Shown: positions 22,301 through 33,685 of the stretch, piece after piece | Layout: every line of letters begins with the position of its first letter | Numbering within the stretch: the stretch's first letter is position 1 | Assembly (NCBI GenBank): GCA_963748625.1 | Contig: CAVVJT010000010.1 | Span: 32,001 to 96,000 of the forward strand | DNA: 64,000 nucleotides | Direction: 5' to 3' | DNA from: an uncultured Chloroflexia bacterium | GTDB taxonomy: Bacteria > Chloroflexota > Limnocylindria > Limnocylindrales > CSP1-4 | Position numbers and translations under genes: made by a program | The notes under the pieces: generated by a model | Databases searched by the model: none | What the model was told of the DNA's origin: nothing | What the model saw: the letters and a program-made list of their open reading frames with translations, nothing else

Positions 22301-25300
22301 GCAGGCGGGTCGTTGCCACATCGAACCACTCCCCCTGGAAGAAGGGCCCGACCGCGTCCAGGAACGCCGTCTTCCACTTGAGGTCCGTGAGCTCCTCGAG
22401 CAGGTACAGGGTGACTCCGATCGCCGCGACCACGGCAAGCGCGATCCACCCGGCAGGACCACTCGCGACGCCCGCTGCAACAAGCGCCGTCACGAGCGCA
22501 GTCTCGACGGCAACCTCGAGCACGAGGATGGTGGCGTCGACGACGAACTCGGTCATCGCTTGGCCGTAGCCCTCCATCCCGCCGCCGTAGTAGAGGAACG
22601 TCGCCAGGAAGCTCAGGCCGATGGCCGCCCCCTCCACCAGCGTGCCCCCCGTCTCGAGCCAGCCGCCGACCTTCTTGGCGAACTTGACGGAGGCCGAGAC
22701 CTCCTTCGCCGTCTTCGTGATCCCGGCCACCCGTGATGTCGCGATCTTGGCCTTGGCGCTCTTCGCGGCCATGTCCAGGGCGTCAGCCGACGGGCTTCCA
22801 CGAAGCTTCGCGACCCAGCCCGCGAAATTCTCGATGTTGTCTGCGTTGTCGAGCAGGGGCAGCAGGGTGAGCAGCTCCCAGTGATCGTTCGTCATCACGT
22901 CCCGCAGCCGGTGGATGTCCTCGACGTCGCTCACCTGCGGCACGGGCATCCCGTCGACGGTCGCGATCACCGTGTGACCCGCGTCCCAGGACAGGAACAG
23001 CGTGGCCAGGCGCTGCTCGACCTCCGGGTCGAGCCCCCAGTCTGCTAGCCACGCAAGGAGGCCGCCGTCGATGGCGACGGGCGTCTCGCCCCGGGTGTCG
23101 TAGTAGTTGGCCTCAAAGGTGCGCAAGGTCACGGCGGGCGCATCGGCGAGCTCCAGCGTTGCGCGGTTCCCGGAGAGCGTGGCCCCATGCGCATCGCCCA
23201 GCGCGACCATGCGCATGCGATGCTCGACCGCGAGCAGGAGCGGGACGACATCCCCCTCGGGCACGTCGGCCAGCACGTCCCTTGTCAGCTGCTCGGTCGC
23301 GACGATCGCCTCCGCCTCTTGGGCGTACGTGCCGCTGCGGGTCTCGAGCGCGAGGGCCAGCGGCGCGAGCAGCGAACCGGGCGTCGCGGACGCCGGACCC
23401 TTGAGCCAGTCCTCGTCGAGGGTCAGTGCCGCCCGCGACGCCTGCGCCCAGCGCTCGTCGCGATCGGCAATCGCGGGTGAGTAGAGGTCAACGGTCACCC
23501 CAGCGTACTCGCTCGCGGCCATGCCGGTCAGCGAGAACGACTCGGGGTATTTCGCCAGCGAGATGGGCAGGTCGGTCGTCTGGTCACCGGGCGTCGCCTC
23601 GGCGAGATCCGGGTCGTCGGTGCGGCCCCGGACCAGCCATACCAGCCGCGCCTCGGCGTGGAATGTGCCTGGCTCCAGGGTCTCCGGGAGGTACATCCGC
23701 CCGGTGAGCGCGCGCGGGTTGGCCTTCTCGTCGAGCACCGGGCCGAGCGGCACGTACAGCACACCAGACTCATCGGTGCCTCGATGGGTGACCATCCCGG
23801 ACCAGGTCAGCGTCAGGCCCGTCGGCTGGACGCTGAGGCTGCCCACGCGCACCCGGAGGCTGTGGCGGACCAGGTCGTCCACCGCCACGTGGAGGATGTC
23901 GGTCCTGCCGTCGCCGTTGACATCGCCGAGGCCCACGACGTTGCCGTCGGCACCCGCCGGCATGCCGCCCTGCGTCATGAGCGGGAGCCACGTTCCGACC
24001 AGGCTCCCGGGCGCTCCGGACGTGGTGCCAACCCGCCATCGGAGCACCCCGGTCGCAGCCTGGAAGTTCCATGCAAGCACGTCGTCGGGGGTGCCGTCGC
24101 CGGTGATGTCGCCCACGACAGTGTGCGGGGTCGGGCTGTCGCCGGGCACCGAGGGCACGCTCGGTGAGAAGTGGGCGGGGACTCCGTCCTCGCCCATCTG
24201 CCAGACACCGACCTCGGCGGCAGGCCGCCAGGTGGAGGCCGCGAGTGGCTCGTTGGATGTCGCGTCGCCGTCGAAGTCGAGGCCGACGTATTCCTGGGCC
24301 CGCAGGCCACCGACCGGGGCGGGAACCGGGTTGGCCGACTGCGTCTGGCCGACGCCGAGGGCGCCGCTCATGTTCGCGCCCCAGCACCACAGCGCCCCAT
24401 CGCCCGTGCGGGCACACGTGTGTGCTGCACCGGTCTCGATGCTGACGACGTGCTCGCCCTCGTCGAGCTCGAGCTCGACCTCGGTCGGGGGCAGGAACGG
24501 CTCGCCGGCCGTCCCGCTGCCGACCTGGCCGTACGTGTTGTCGCCCCAGCACAGGACCCGGGCATCGCCCGCCGTCAGCGCGCAGGTGTGCGAGCCACCT
24601 GCGGAAACCTGGCTGATCGCCGTTCCCGGCGCGACCGGCAGGGTTACCCAGCCGCGGTCGGCCCAGGCCGACGTCCCGGTCCCGGCCGCCTGGCCGTGGA
24701 CATTGGCGCCCCAGCACTGCAGGCGACCGTCCTGGGTCACGACACAGGTATGGGCGCCGCCGGCGGACACCGCCGATGGGATCGCCCCGCCGGGCAGGTT
24801 GGTGGCGACAGGCGTCCAGTACTCCTCGAGATCGCTGCCGAGAACCTGGCGAGCGGCGTTGGCACCCCAACAGGCGACGCGGCGCGCGCCCGCGACGTCC
24901 ACGATCGCGCACGTGTGGGCATCGCCTGCGTCGAGGTTGGACTGGTCGGCGAGCACGAAGGGCACAACCGTTGGCATGCTGGACGGGGACTCGAACCACA
25001 CAAGCTGGCCGATCGTCCGCCAGCCTGCGGAGTTCGTCTCGTCGCCCGCACCCAGCTGTCCCGAGGCGTTGAGGCCCCGGCACCTGACCTGGTTGTCCCT
25101 GGTGGCCACGCAGGTGAAGCCGTCGCCGACGTCGACCTTGCTGGCGTTCGGGATGTCTGTCTCCGCGTACGGCGTCAGCGCCGTGCGGTCGCCGCCCCAG
25201 CTCCACCACGTGGAGCTGGCCTGGCCGTAGGCGTTGTCGCCCCAGCACGCGAGGCGCATGGCGCCGGTCGCCTCGTCGGGCCCGAGCAGCGCGCAGCTGT

Positions 25301-26432
25301 GCAGGCGGCCCGCGGCGAGCGCCTCGTCCCAGCCCTCGCCGCCGTCGATCCCCACTGGGTAGGGCTCGTAGGCCGGAGTGGACATGCCGTTCGGCCGAAG
25401 CCACTTCAGGCCGTACTCGTCGGGCTGCCCAGCCTCCTTCCGCCACCAGGGACCCGGCGCTCCCGTGCCCAGCTGCCCCTCGTAGTTGGCGCCCCAGCAC
25501 CACAGCTGGCCGTCCCGGAGACCGCAGGTGGTGTGGCCGCCCGCCGAGAGCGTGTCGAAGCCGTCCATCTTGGCCTGCAGGCTGGCAACGAGCTGGATGT
25601 CGTCCTTCGCCCCGTCACCATCGAGATCCGCGATGCGCACGCGTGCCGCCGTGACGTCCTCGTCGGGTGCCGGCTGGGCGGGGGGAACGATGATCCCGTA
25701 CTCGTCCAGCACGTCGGACTCGACCGCCGCCCGGTCGTCCACCGTGAGCTCGAGGTACGGGGCAACGATCGCGTCCTCGGTCGATCCGTTGGTGTCCTGC
25801 ATGGCACCCCCGTCGTCCTCACTCCAGTCGAAGCGGGCCTGGTTGAGGGCGAGGTGCGAGGCGTCCTCTGGCACCAGCTGGACGTCGACGTACGTCGGCT
25901 TGCCGCTGGTGGCGACGTCCACGTCGATCGAGGCGAGCGTGCCCGACGCGACGAACGGCGACATGTCCTTTCCGTCCGGCACACCATCGCCGTCGTTGTC
26001 CGCGAGGGTGAGGGCGTTCTCGACCGGCCGACCCCCTTGGATCTCGGCGTTGTCGGTCAGGCCATCGTCGTTCGTGTCCGTCAGGCGGGGATCGAGGCCG
26101 AGCTCGAGCTCCTCGAGGTCGCCGAGGGTGTCGTTGTCGCTGTCCGCCAGTTGCGTCGAGAGGCCGAGGACCGCCTCGACCGAATTGGGCAGGCCATCGC
26201 CGTCGGTGTCGGGGTCACCAGCCTCGCGGGCCGTTGCCAGAAGGCTCGCCCAGAGGCCCTTGAGGTCGGGGGCGGTGGTGGATTGCACGGTAGCCGGGCC
26301 GGCGGTGCCCGTCTCGGCCGAGCTGTGGCGCGTCGACGAGGCGACCGTCGCATCGGGGAGTCCGCCGGCGACAAGTGCGACGGCACAGCAGGCAAGGGCA
26401 AGACGCGAGGGTCCCCTGGGATTCCAGCGCAT
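19320..26432 (-). CDS. Giant secreted multidomain protein: TSP3/DxDxDG Ca-binding repeats, RCC1 repeats, FG-GAP-like repeats, central hydrophobic helices, choice-of-anchor-U-like, cadherin/Ig-like domains
   Basis: 2370 aa with signal peptide; DTDGDGL repeats in two clusters; ~7 HTC..CWGxNxxGQ repeats; GDITGDG and GDVNGDG; LPYGLVAFTV..LVDGGEGDADLVADGRIVDP; NGAPVAVDD..DSFGYTVADG; ATGLPAGLAI. Confidence 0.85.
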   Translation of the reverse strand: MRWNPRGPSRLALACCAVALVAGGLPDATVASSTRHSSAETGTAGPATVQSTTAPDLKGLWASLLATAREAGDPDTDGDGLPNSVEAVLGLSTQLADSDNDTLGDLEELELGLDPRLTDTNDDGLTDNAEIQGGRPVENALTLADNDGDGVPDGKDMSPFVASGTLASIDVDVATSGKPTYVDVQLVPEDASHLALNQARFDWSEDDGGAMQDTNGSTEDAIVAPYLELTVDDRAAVESDVLDEYGIIVPPAQPAPDEDVTAARVRIADLDGDGAKDDIQLVASLQAKMDGFDTLSAGGHTTCGLRDGQLWCWGANYEGQLGTGAPGPWWRKEAGQPDEYGLKWLRPNGMSTPAYEPYPVGIDGGEGWDEALAAGRLHSCALLGPDEATGAMRLACWGDNAYGQASSTWWSWGGDRTALTPYAETDIPNASKVDVGDGFTCVATRDNQVRCRGLNASGQLGAGDETNSAGWRTIGQLVWFESPSSMPTVVPFVLADQSNLDAGDAHTCAIVDVAGARRVACWGANAARQVLGSDLEEYWTPVATNLPGGAIPSAVSAGGAHTCVVTQDGRLQCWGANVHGQAAGTGTSAWADRGWVTLPVAPGTAISQVSAGGSHTCALTAGDARVLCWGDNTYGQVGSGTAGEPFLPPTEVELELDEGEHVVSIETGAAHTCARTGDGALWCWGANMSGALGVGQTQSANPVPAPVGGLRAQEYVGLDFDGDATSNEPLAASTWRPAAEVGVWQMGEDGVPAHFSPSVPSVPGDSPTPHTVVGDITGDGTPDDVLAWNFQAATGVLRWRVGTTSGAPGSLVGTWLPLMTQGGMPAGADGNVVGLGDVNGDGRTDILHVAVDDLVRHSLRVRVGSLSVQPTGLTLTWSGMVTHRGTDESGVLYVPLGPVLDEKANPRALTGRMYLPETLEPGTFHAEARLVWLVRGRTDDPDLAEATPGDQTTDLPISLAKYPESFSLTGMAASEYAGVTVDLYSPAIADRDERWAQASRAALTLDEDWLKGPASATPGSLLAPLALALETRSGTYAQEAEAIVATEQLTRDVLADVPEGDVVPLLLAVEHRMRMVALGDAHGATLSGNRATLELADAPAVTLRTFEANYYDTRGETPVAIDGGLLAWLADWGLDPEVEQRLATLFLSWDAGHTVIATVDGMPVPQVSDVEDIHRLRDVMTNDHWELLTLLPLLDNADNIENFAGWVAKLRGSPSADALDMAAKSAKAKIATSRVAGITKTAKEVSASVKFAKKVGGWLETGGTLVEGAAIGLSFLATFLYYGGGMEGYGQAMTEFVVDATILVLEVAVETALVTALVAAGVASGPAGWIALAVVAAIGVTLYLLEELTDLKWKTAFLDAVGPFFQGEWFDVATTRLRLERTRAVLEDADGNGIDVGDAIGVSSDTYASDFPVGYIDPSGDYDTWSYLYDLWWTWAGAGLWATPGTPPDDATDTTPRDTTTWQVDEVIAGSHQSDVEVYRLAENLVAQSCCQRHEVQAWVLPAAPDPEFAVTYHVEAKGIAAAIKCEHYACNHYFSGEGDAPEYELIETKVYDVLPATFAGFLDWWRVIRPLDEDGDGLEIEISTVEGMADSDGDGLPDGYEVNVLHTDPNIEDLDHDGLVDGFDTDRDGLSDGREVELGTDPRVIDSDGDTLTDAEEVEGWAIAFAFHGRAVQAWVTSDPTLPDGDSGHRPGAASAGDGLADDLERDLGLNPLSSDTDGDGVLDGLDGDRDNDGVADTVERAGPNDGDASGNGVPDAGEPDVASLPNAVDGAYVMVTVPPGTWLSDVAAAPVPVGTPARLQLPYGLVAFTVGGVATGGRVTARLYVPLDASIQGVWKHGPSATDPTTHWHEVEAELDPSFPGFSALVARFDLVDGGEGDADLVADGRIVDPVAVGTWTNGAPVAVDDIATTSEDAPITLDLVANDHDPDGDTLVVTGLDTGSTTGAANVNPDGTVTWDPSGRFETLHPGDTVTDSFGYTVADGHGGTDTGLVRISVTGTEDALAVSVDATSVSAQHGDGIAPVIVTATDADSPSLTIAATGLPAGLAIGPTACVPDGSGSTCTAQVSGTVAAKAGVYPTKVTATDGTLSTAIDLTVNVAAEDATLALSATNPAFVKVRATTGKSGPISLKVVATETVPDTAAGDALPGDIGTAGLSIRLVPVSGGSAIAPSGRCTRTPSGSGYGRSLVVTCPFAQLSPKAYAVQATADGVRFAGATTGALAVADPRTGSASGGGAFTWPGKGGITRFAFTARARSSGATPKGSILLIRWAPGGQHVVRASTLSQLRIGRDGTTTWAKLSGRASYQAPGWTAPKSGYTITLYVRDRTATDRIWVELRDPAGARVAAMSMATSAAKHTVPLTRGGIIVRRF

Positions 26433-26643
26433 GGCTGTCGCTCCTCCGATGGGACGCCCGCGGGCCCCAGACCGCCGACAGGCCCTACCCCATGCCTGGA
26501 CGACGCCGCGACGTCATCGAAGCCACAGCGCGAGGGCAAGGCAAGTTCCGATCGGCCCTCTGTGGCGGGCTACCCGGGACCGTCCCGCACTCCGCGACCC
26601 AGGGTCCTGGTACGGGCACATCGCTCGAACCGCGACACGGCCC

Positions 26644-26664
26644 GCACAACTTCTGCACATCCTG
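26644..26664 (+). promoter_or_regulatory. Putative OmpR/PhoB-type direct-repeat operator upstream of the TCS operon
   Basis: gcacaacttct-gcacatcctg: GCACA repeated at 11-bp spacing, ~70 bp before the first gene. Confidence 0.35.
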
Positions 26665-26734
26665 CCGCGATCGTGGTCCCTGTCGACCACGACAGCCCGC
26701 ACGGAGCGGGCCATCAGCATCGGAGATCATCGGA

Positions 26735-27103
26735 ATGCGTGCAGCACTTGCGCTCCTCATCACCGGCGGCGTCGCCCTCGGCGCCGGCTTCCTCGGCTTC
26801 CAGGCCGGGGTGGCCAGCAACATCGGAACGGCCGGCGGGACCGTCGTCCTCGGCGGCGGACTCGGCGTGTTTGGCTTGTTCCTGTTCATGGGCTTCCTGT
26901 TCTTCTCGTTCCTCGTCCTGGCCGCGATCCTCGGCGGCCGGCGGCACCGGCGCGGGGGTTGGGGCCACCACGGGGCGATGGGACCCGGCGGGCATGGGGA
27001 CGCCCGACGCGCATGGGTCGCCGAGGTTCACCGGGCGCTCCACGAGGAGGAGGCGAATGCCGCCGGCCGGACCCCCAGCACCACCTCGAGCGCCGGCGCC
27101 TGA
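26735..27103 (+). CDS. Small two-TM membrane protein with Gly/His-rich tail, first gene of the TCS operon
   Basis: MRAALALLITGG...GLFLFMGFLFFSFLVLAAILGGRRHRRGGWGHHG...EVHRALHE; GGAG RBS. Confidence 0.8.
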   Translation: MRAALALLITGGVALGAGFLGFQAGVASNIGTAGGTVVLGGGLGVFGLFLFMGFLFFSFLVLAAILGGRRHRRGGWGHHGAMGPGGHGDARRAWVAEVHRALHEEEANAAGRTPSTTSSAGA

Positions 27104-27162
27104 CCCTCGCCATGACGCCGGGCGGGTATCCTCGCCCGGCGTCGCCATCCCCTGGAGTCGGA

Positions 27163-27849
27163 ATGCGCACCATCCTCGTCGTCGAGGACGAGCCCCGGAT
27201 CGCCGGCCTCGTCCGCGACTACCTCGAGCAGGCGGGCTTCGCCGTCCTCACCGCGGGCGACGGCTCGGGCGCCCTCGCGCTCGCCCGCACCCGTCGGCCG
27301 GACGCGATCGTGCTGGATCTGGGCCTCCCCGGCATCGACGGGCTCGACGTGATCCGCTCCCTGCGCCGCGACTCCGACATCCCGATCGTCATCCTGTCCG
27401 CTCGTGGCGACGAGAGCGACCGCATCGCGGGCCTGGAGCTGGGCGCGGACGACTATGTCGTGAAGCCGTTCAGCCCGAAGGAGGTCGTCGCCCGCGTCCG
27501 AGCCGTACTCCGCCGCGCCGACACCCGCTCCATGCCGGAAGAGCGGATCACCGCCGGCGACCTGGAGATCGACACGGCCCGGCGCCGCGTCATCGCCGGC
27601 GGCCGCGCCGTCTCCCTCACACCCACCGAGTTCGAGATCCTCGTGACCCTTGCCCGCGAGCCGGGCCGCGTCTGGACCCGGTCGCAGCTGCTCGATGCCG
27701 TGCACGGCTTCAGCCTCGAGACGTACGAGCGGGCGATCGATGGCCACATCCGCAACCTGCGCCGCAAGCTGGAGAGCGACCCAGCCGCGCCACGGTACGT
27801 CCGGACGGTGCACGGGGTCGGCTACGCGCTCGAGGAGCCTGCCCGGTGA
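27163..27849 (+). CDS. OmpR-family response regulator (BaeR-like)
   Basis: ILVVEDE, VLDLGLPGIDG, LELGADDYVVKPFSP, LTPTEFEIL, RTVHGVGY. Confidence 0.95.
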   Translation: MRTILVVEDEPRIAGLVRDYLEQAGFAVLTAGDGSGALALARTRRPDAIVLDLGLPGIDGLDVIRSLRRDSDIPIVILSARGDESDRIAGLELGADDYVVKPFSPKEVVARVRAVLRRADTRSMPEERITAGDLEIDTARRRVIAGGRAVSLTPTEFEILVTLAREPGRVWTRSQLLDAVHGFSLETYERAIDGHIRNLRRKLESDPAAPRYVRTVHGVGYALEEPAR

Positions 27850-28985
27850 GCTCCCCCACGCCGTCGGGCTCCCGCTCGAGCGACCCCCGAGCGCCGCGGA
27901 GCGGGCGACGCCCCGGCCCTGGCCGCCATGGGCCGTACGGCCGACGGGGACCCCGCAACGGCCGCGCCGGGACCGCGGGCTTCGTCGGCTGCTTCGCCGT
28001 CCTCGTCATCGTCATGGTCGGCCTGTTCGCGGCCTTCGCCACCTGGGTCGCCGGCGCCATCCTCGGTGTCGTCGCGCCAAGCGCCGCTCCGTCGGCCGCC
28101 ACCGTCGTCGCGGTCCTCGTCGTCATCGTGGTGGCAGGCGCCTGGATGGCCCGGATGGTGGGCCGCTCGATCCGGCCGCTGGGCGACATGGCCGACGCCA
28201 CCCGGCGCCTGGCCGACGGTGAGGCCGGTATCCGCGTGGAGGTCCGTGGTCCGCGTCCGGTCCGCGAGCTCGCCGCGTCGCTGAACACCATGGCCGAACG
28301 CCTCGACCGCTCCCGGGACTCCCGCAGCAGCATGCTCGCGGACGTCACCCACGAGCTGCGCACCCCGCTCACCGTGGTGGCCGGGGGCCTCGAGGCCATG
28401 CTCGACGGCGTCCACCCGATGGACGAGGACCATGTCGCCCCGCTCCTGGCCGAGACCGAGACGATGGGCCGCCTCCTCGACGACCTGCGCACGCTCTCGC
28501 TCGCCGACGCGGGTGCCCTCACCCTGCACCGCGAGCCGGCCGACCTCGCGGGGCTTGCCGCAAGCGTGGTGGCGGCGCAGGGACCGATCGCCGACGCCAG
28601 GCGCGTCGATCTCGCCGCCGGAGGTGACGCCCGCGTGGACGCCGATGTCGATCCCGTCCGCATCCGCGAGGTGATGGCCAATCTCGTCGCCAACGCCATC
28701 CGGCACACGCCCAGCGGTGGCCAGGTCCGGCTCAGCGTGCGGGCCGGGGGTGACGAGGCCGTCATCGAGGTTGCCGACACGGGTGAGGGAATCGCCCCGG
28801 AGCAGCTCGGTCGGGTCTTCGACCGCTTCGAGCGCCACGCCGACACCGGCGGCTCTGGCCTCGGGCTCGCGATCGTGTGGGACCTGGTGACCGCACACGG
28901 CGGCACGGTCACGGCCGAGAGCAGCGGCGTGCCCGGGGACGGGGCCCGCTTCGTGGTGCGCCTCCCGCTGCTGGCCTCGCCGTAG
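27846..28985 (+). CDS. HAMP sensor histidine kinase (BaeS-like, short extracytoplasmic loop)
   Basis: GTGA overlap with the RR stop; two TMs, HAMP, DVTHELRTPL, NLVANAIRHT, DTGEGI, GSGLGLAI. Confidence 0.92.
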   Translation: MSSPTPSGSRSSDPRAPRSGRRPGPGRHGPYGRRGPRNGRAGTAGFVGCFAVLVIVMVGLFAAFATWVAGAILGVVAPSAAPSAATVVAVLVVIVVAGAWMARMVGRSIRPLGDMADATRRLADGEAGIRVEVRGPRPVRELAASLNTMAERLDRSRDSRSSMLADVTHELRTPLTVVAGGLEAMLDGVHPMDEDHVAPLLAETETMGRLLDDLRTLSLADAGALTLHREPADLAGLAASVVAAQGPIADARRVDLAAGGDARVDADVDPVRIREVMANLVANAIRHTPSGGQVRLSVRAGGDEAVIEVADTGEGIAPEQLGRVFDRFERHADTGGSGLGLAIVWDLVTAHGGTVTAESSGVPGDGARFVVRLPLLASP

Positions 28986-29097
28986 GTCCGTCGCGGGTGG
29001 GCCAGCCGGGACAGGATAGGCAGGGTTCGGCACCATAGGGCCCAGCGGTGCTTGCGCGGCCGGACGCCGCCACCGCCGGACCAGGAGTGTGCCCCCG

Positions 29098-30885
29098 ATG
29101 TGCGGTGTCTTCGGCTACGTGACCAACCGGGACGAGGCGCTCGGCCCCATCCTGGTGGAGGCCGCCCGGCGGCTCACGTACCGCGGCTACGACTCCGTCG
29201 GGGCGGCGACCTTCCGCGACGGCACGATCGACCTGCGCAAGGATGTTGGCCGGGTGGACGAGGTCGCCGCACGCCTCGACCTGGCGGGCATGCGTGGCAC
29301 CCGCGGGATCACGCAACTGCGCTGGGCGACCTTCGGCGCGCCGTCACAGGCAAACGCCCAGCCCCACCTCGACTCCGACGGCTCGATGGTCGGGGCCCAC
29401 AACGGCAACGTCGTGAACAACGTGGAGCTGCGGATCCAGTTCCTGGCCGAGGGGATGACCGTCCGGTCGGACAATGACGGCGAGACCTGCGTCCATGCGG
29501 TGGAACGCCACGTCCGCCAGGGCCACGAGCTGGTCGAGGCGATCCGGCTTGCCTACGCGGACCTGGAGGGCGACTACGCACTCGTGATCGGGCGGGCCGA
29601 CGACGACCGGTTGTACGCCTTCAAGAAGGGGTCGGGGCTCGTGGTCGGGATCGGGGACGGCTTCACCTGTGTCTCGTCGGACCTGCCCTCGCTGCTGCCG
29701 CTCACGCGGACCGTGGTGCGACCCCTGGACGGCGAGATCGTCACCCTGTGGGCCGACCGCATCGAGGTTCGCTCGGTGGCCGACGGCAGCCTCGTCCACC
29801 GGCCGGCGGAGCTCGTCACCGAATCGATGGACGCCGTCATGAAGGGCGGCTACGCGCACTTCATGGCCAAGGAGATCCACGAGCAGCCGCAAGTGGCCCG
29901 GGAGCTACTCCACCTCCTGGACGCCAGCTCGGACGTGGCACCCGTCGTGGAACGGATGCGGACTGCCCGCCACCTCTACCTGATCGGCTGCGGCACCAGC
30001 TTCCACGCTGCGGCCGCCGGCTCCGTGTTCCTCGCCCAGCTCGCCGGCCGGGCGGCGATCCCCGTGCTGGCGCCCCAGTTCATCGCCCAGTACGCACCTG
30101 CGGTCGGCCCCGACGACGTCGGGCTGTTCGTCAGCCAGTCGGGCGAGACGAAGGACGTGCTCAACGCGCTCGAGGCAGCGAAGCGCCAGGGCATGGACAC
30201 CTTCGGCCTCGCCAACGTCGTCGGCTCCACGCTCACGCGGGCCACGAGGCTCTGCCTGCCGCTCGGCTGCGGGTACGAGATCAGCGTGCCGGCCACCAAG
30301 ACGTTCACCAACCAGGTCCTCGCGTTCCTGTACCTGGCCTACCGCCTGGCCGAGCGGGACACGGCGGCACTCGGGCACGTGCCGGACCTGATGGAGGCGA
30401 CGCTTGCCGCCGTGGCCGGGCAGGTCGAGGGGATCGCCGCCGAGATCAACCCCTGGGACAACCTCTACTGCCTGGGCTACGGCGCGACCTACCCGATCGC
30501 GCTGGAAGGTGCGCTCAAGCTCAAGGAGATCACCTACGCACACTGTGAGGGGATGCTCTCGACGGAGTTCAAGCACGGCCCCCTCTCCGCCGTCACCGAT
30601 GGCTACCCGATCATCTTCGTGGCCGGCCCGGCCGACATTCCGCTGATCATCAGCGGCATCAACGAGGTCAAGGTCCGCGGGGCACGGACGATCACCATCG
30701 CCGAGGAGGACCCTCGCCTGCGCGCCAACGGCGACGAGCTCGTGGCGATCCCGGCCTCGGACCCGCAGATCAACGCGCTCCTTGCGGTCCTCCCGCTGCA
30801 ACTGCTCTCGTACCACGTGAGCGTGCTGCGCGGCTTCGACCCGGACTTCCCGCGCAATCTGTCGAAGACGCTCACCGTGGACTGA
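29098..30885 (+). CDS. glmS: Glutamine--fructose-6-phosphate aminotransferase (divergent)
   Basis: MCGVFG (catalytic Cys), YRGYDS, RWAT, HNG, SQSGET, EGALKLKEI, EFKHGP, PRNLSKTLTVD. Confidence 0.9.
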   Translation: MCGVFGYVTNRDEALGPILVEAARRLTYRGYDSVGAATFRDGTIDLRKDVGRVDEVAARLDLAGMRGTRGITQLRWATFGAPSQANAQPHLDSDGSMVGAHNGNVVNNVELRIQFLAEGMTVRSDNDGETCVHAVERHVRQGHELVEAIRLAYADLEGDYALVIGRADDDRLYAFKKGSGLVVGIGDGFTCVSSDLPSLLPLTRTVVRPLDGEIVTLWADRIEVRSVADGSLVHRPAELVTESMDAVMKGGYAHFMAKEIHEQPQVARELLHLLDASSDVAPVVERMRTARHLYLIGCGTSFHAAAAGSVFLAQLAGRAAIPVLAPQFIAQYAPAVGPDDVGLFVSQSGETKDVLNALEAAKRQGMDTFGLANVVGSTLTRATRLCLPLGCGYEISVPATKTFTNQVLAFLYLAYRLAERDTAALGHVPDLMEATLAAVAGQVEGIAAEINPWDNLYCLGYGATYPIALEGALKLKEITYAHCEGMLSTEFKHGPLSAVTDGYPIIFVAGPADIPLIISGINEVKVRGARTITIAEEDPRLRANGDELVAIPASDPQINALLAVLPLQLLSYHVSVLRGFDPDFPRNLSKTLTVD

Positions 30886-30918
30886 GGGCCGATCGCGGGA
30901 GACTGGCTCCCGTTCGGT

Positions 30919-33644
<2,726 letters not shown>

Positions 33645-33685
33645 GTCCCTGCCTTGACGACGCTCGTCGCGTTCCGGTTCCGCCG

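Noticed and set aside
24171-28985. 1604-aa plus-strand ORF (and 787-aa ORF 25486-27849)
   Set aside because: Only the 3' ends are real (kinase and regulator); the rest is stop-free antisense shadow of the giant gene, expected at this GC content.
28990-29097. glmS ribozyme
   Set aside because: The region is short and I could not find the conserved core sequence.
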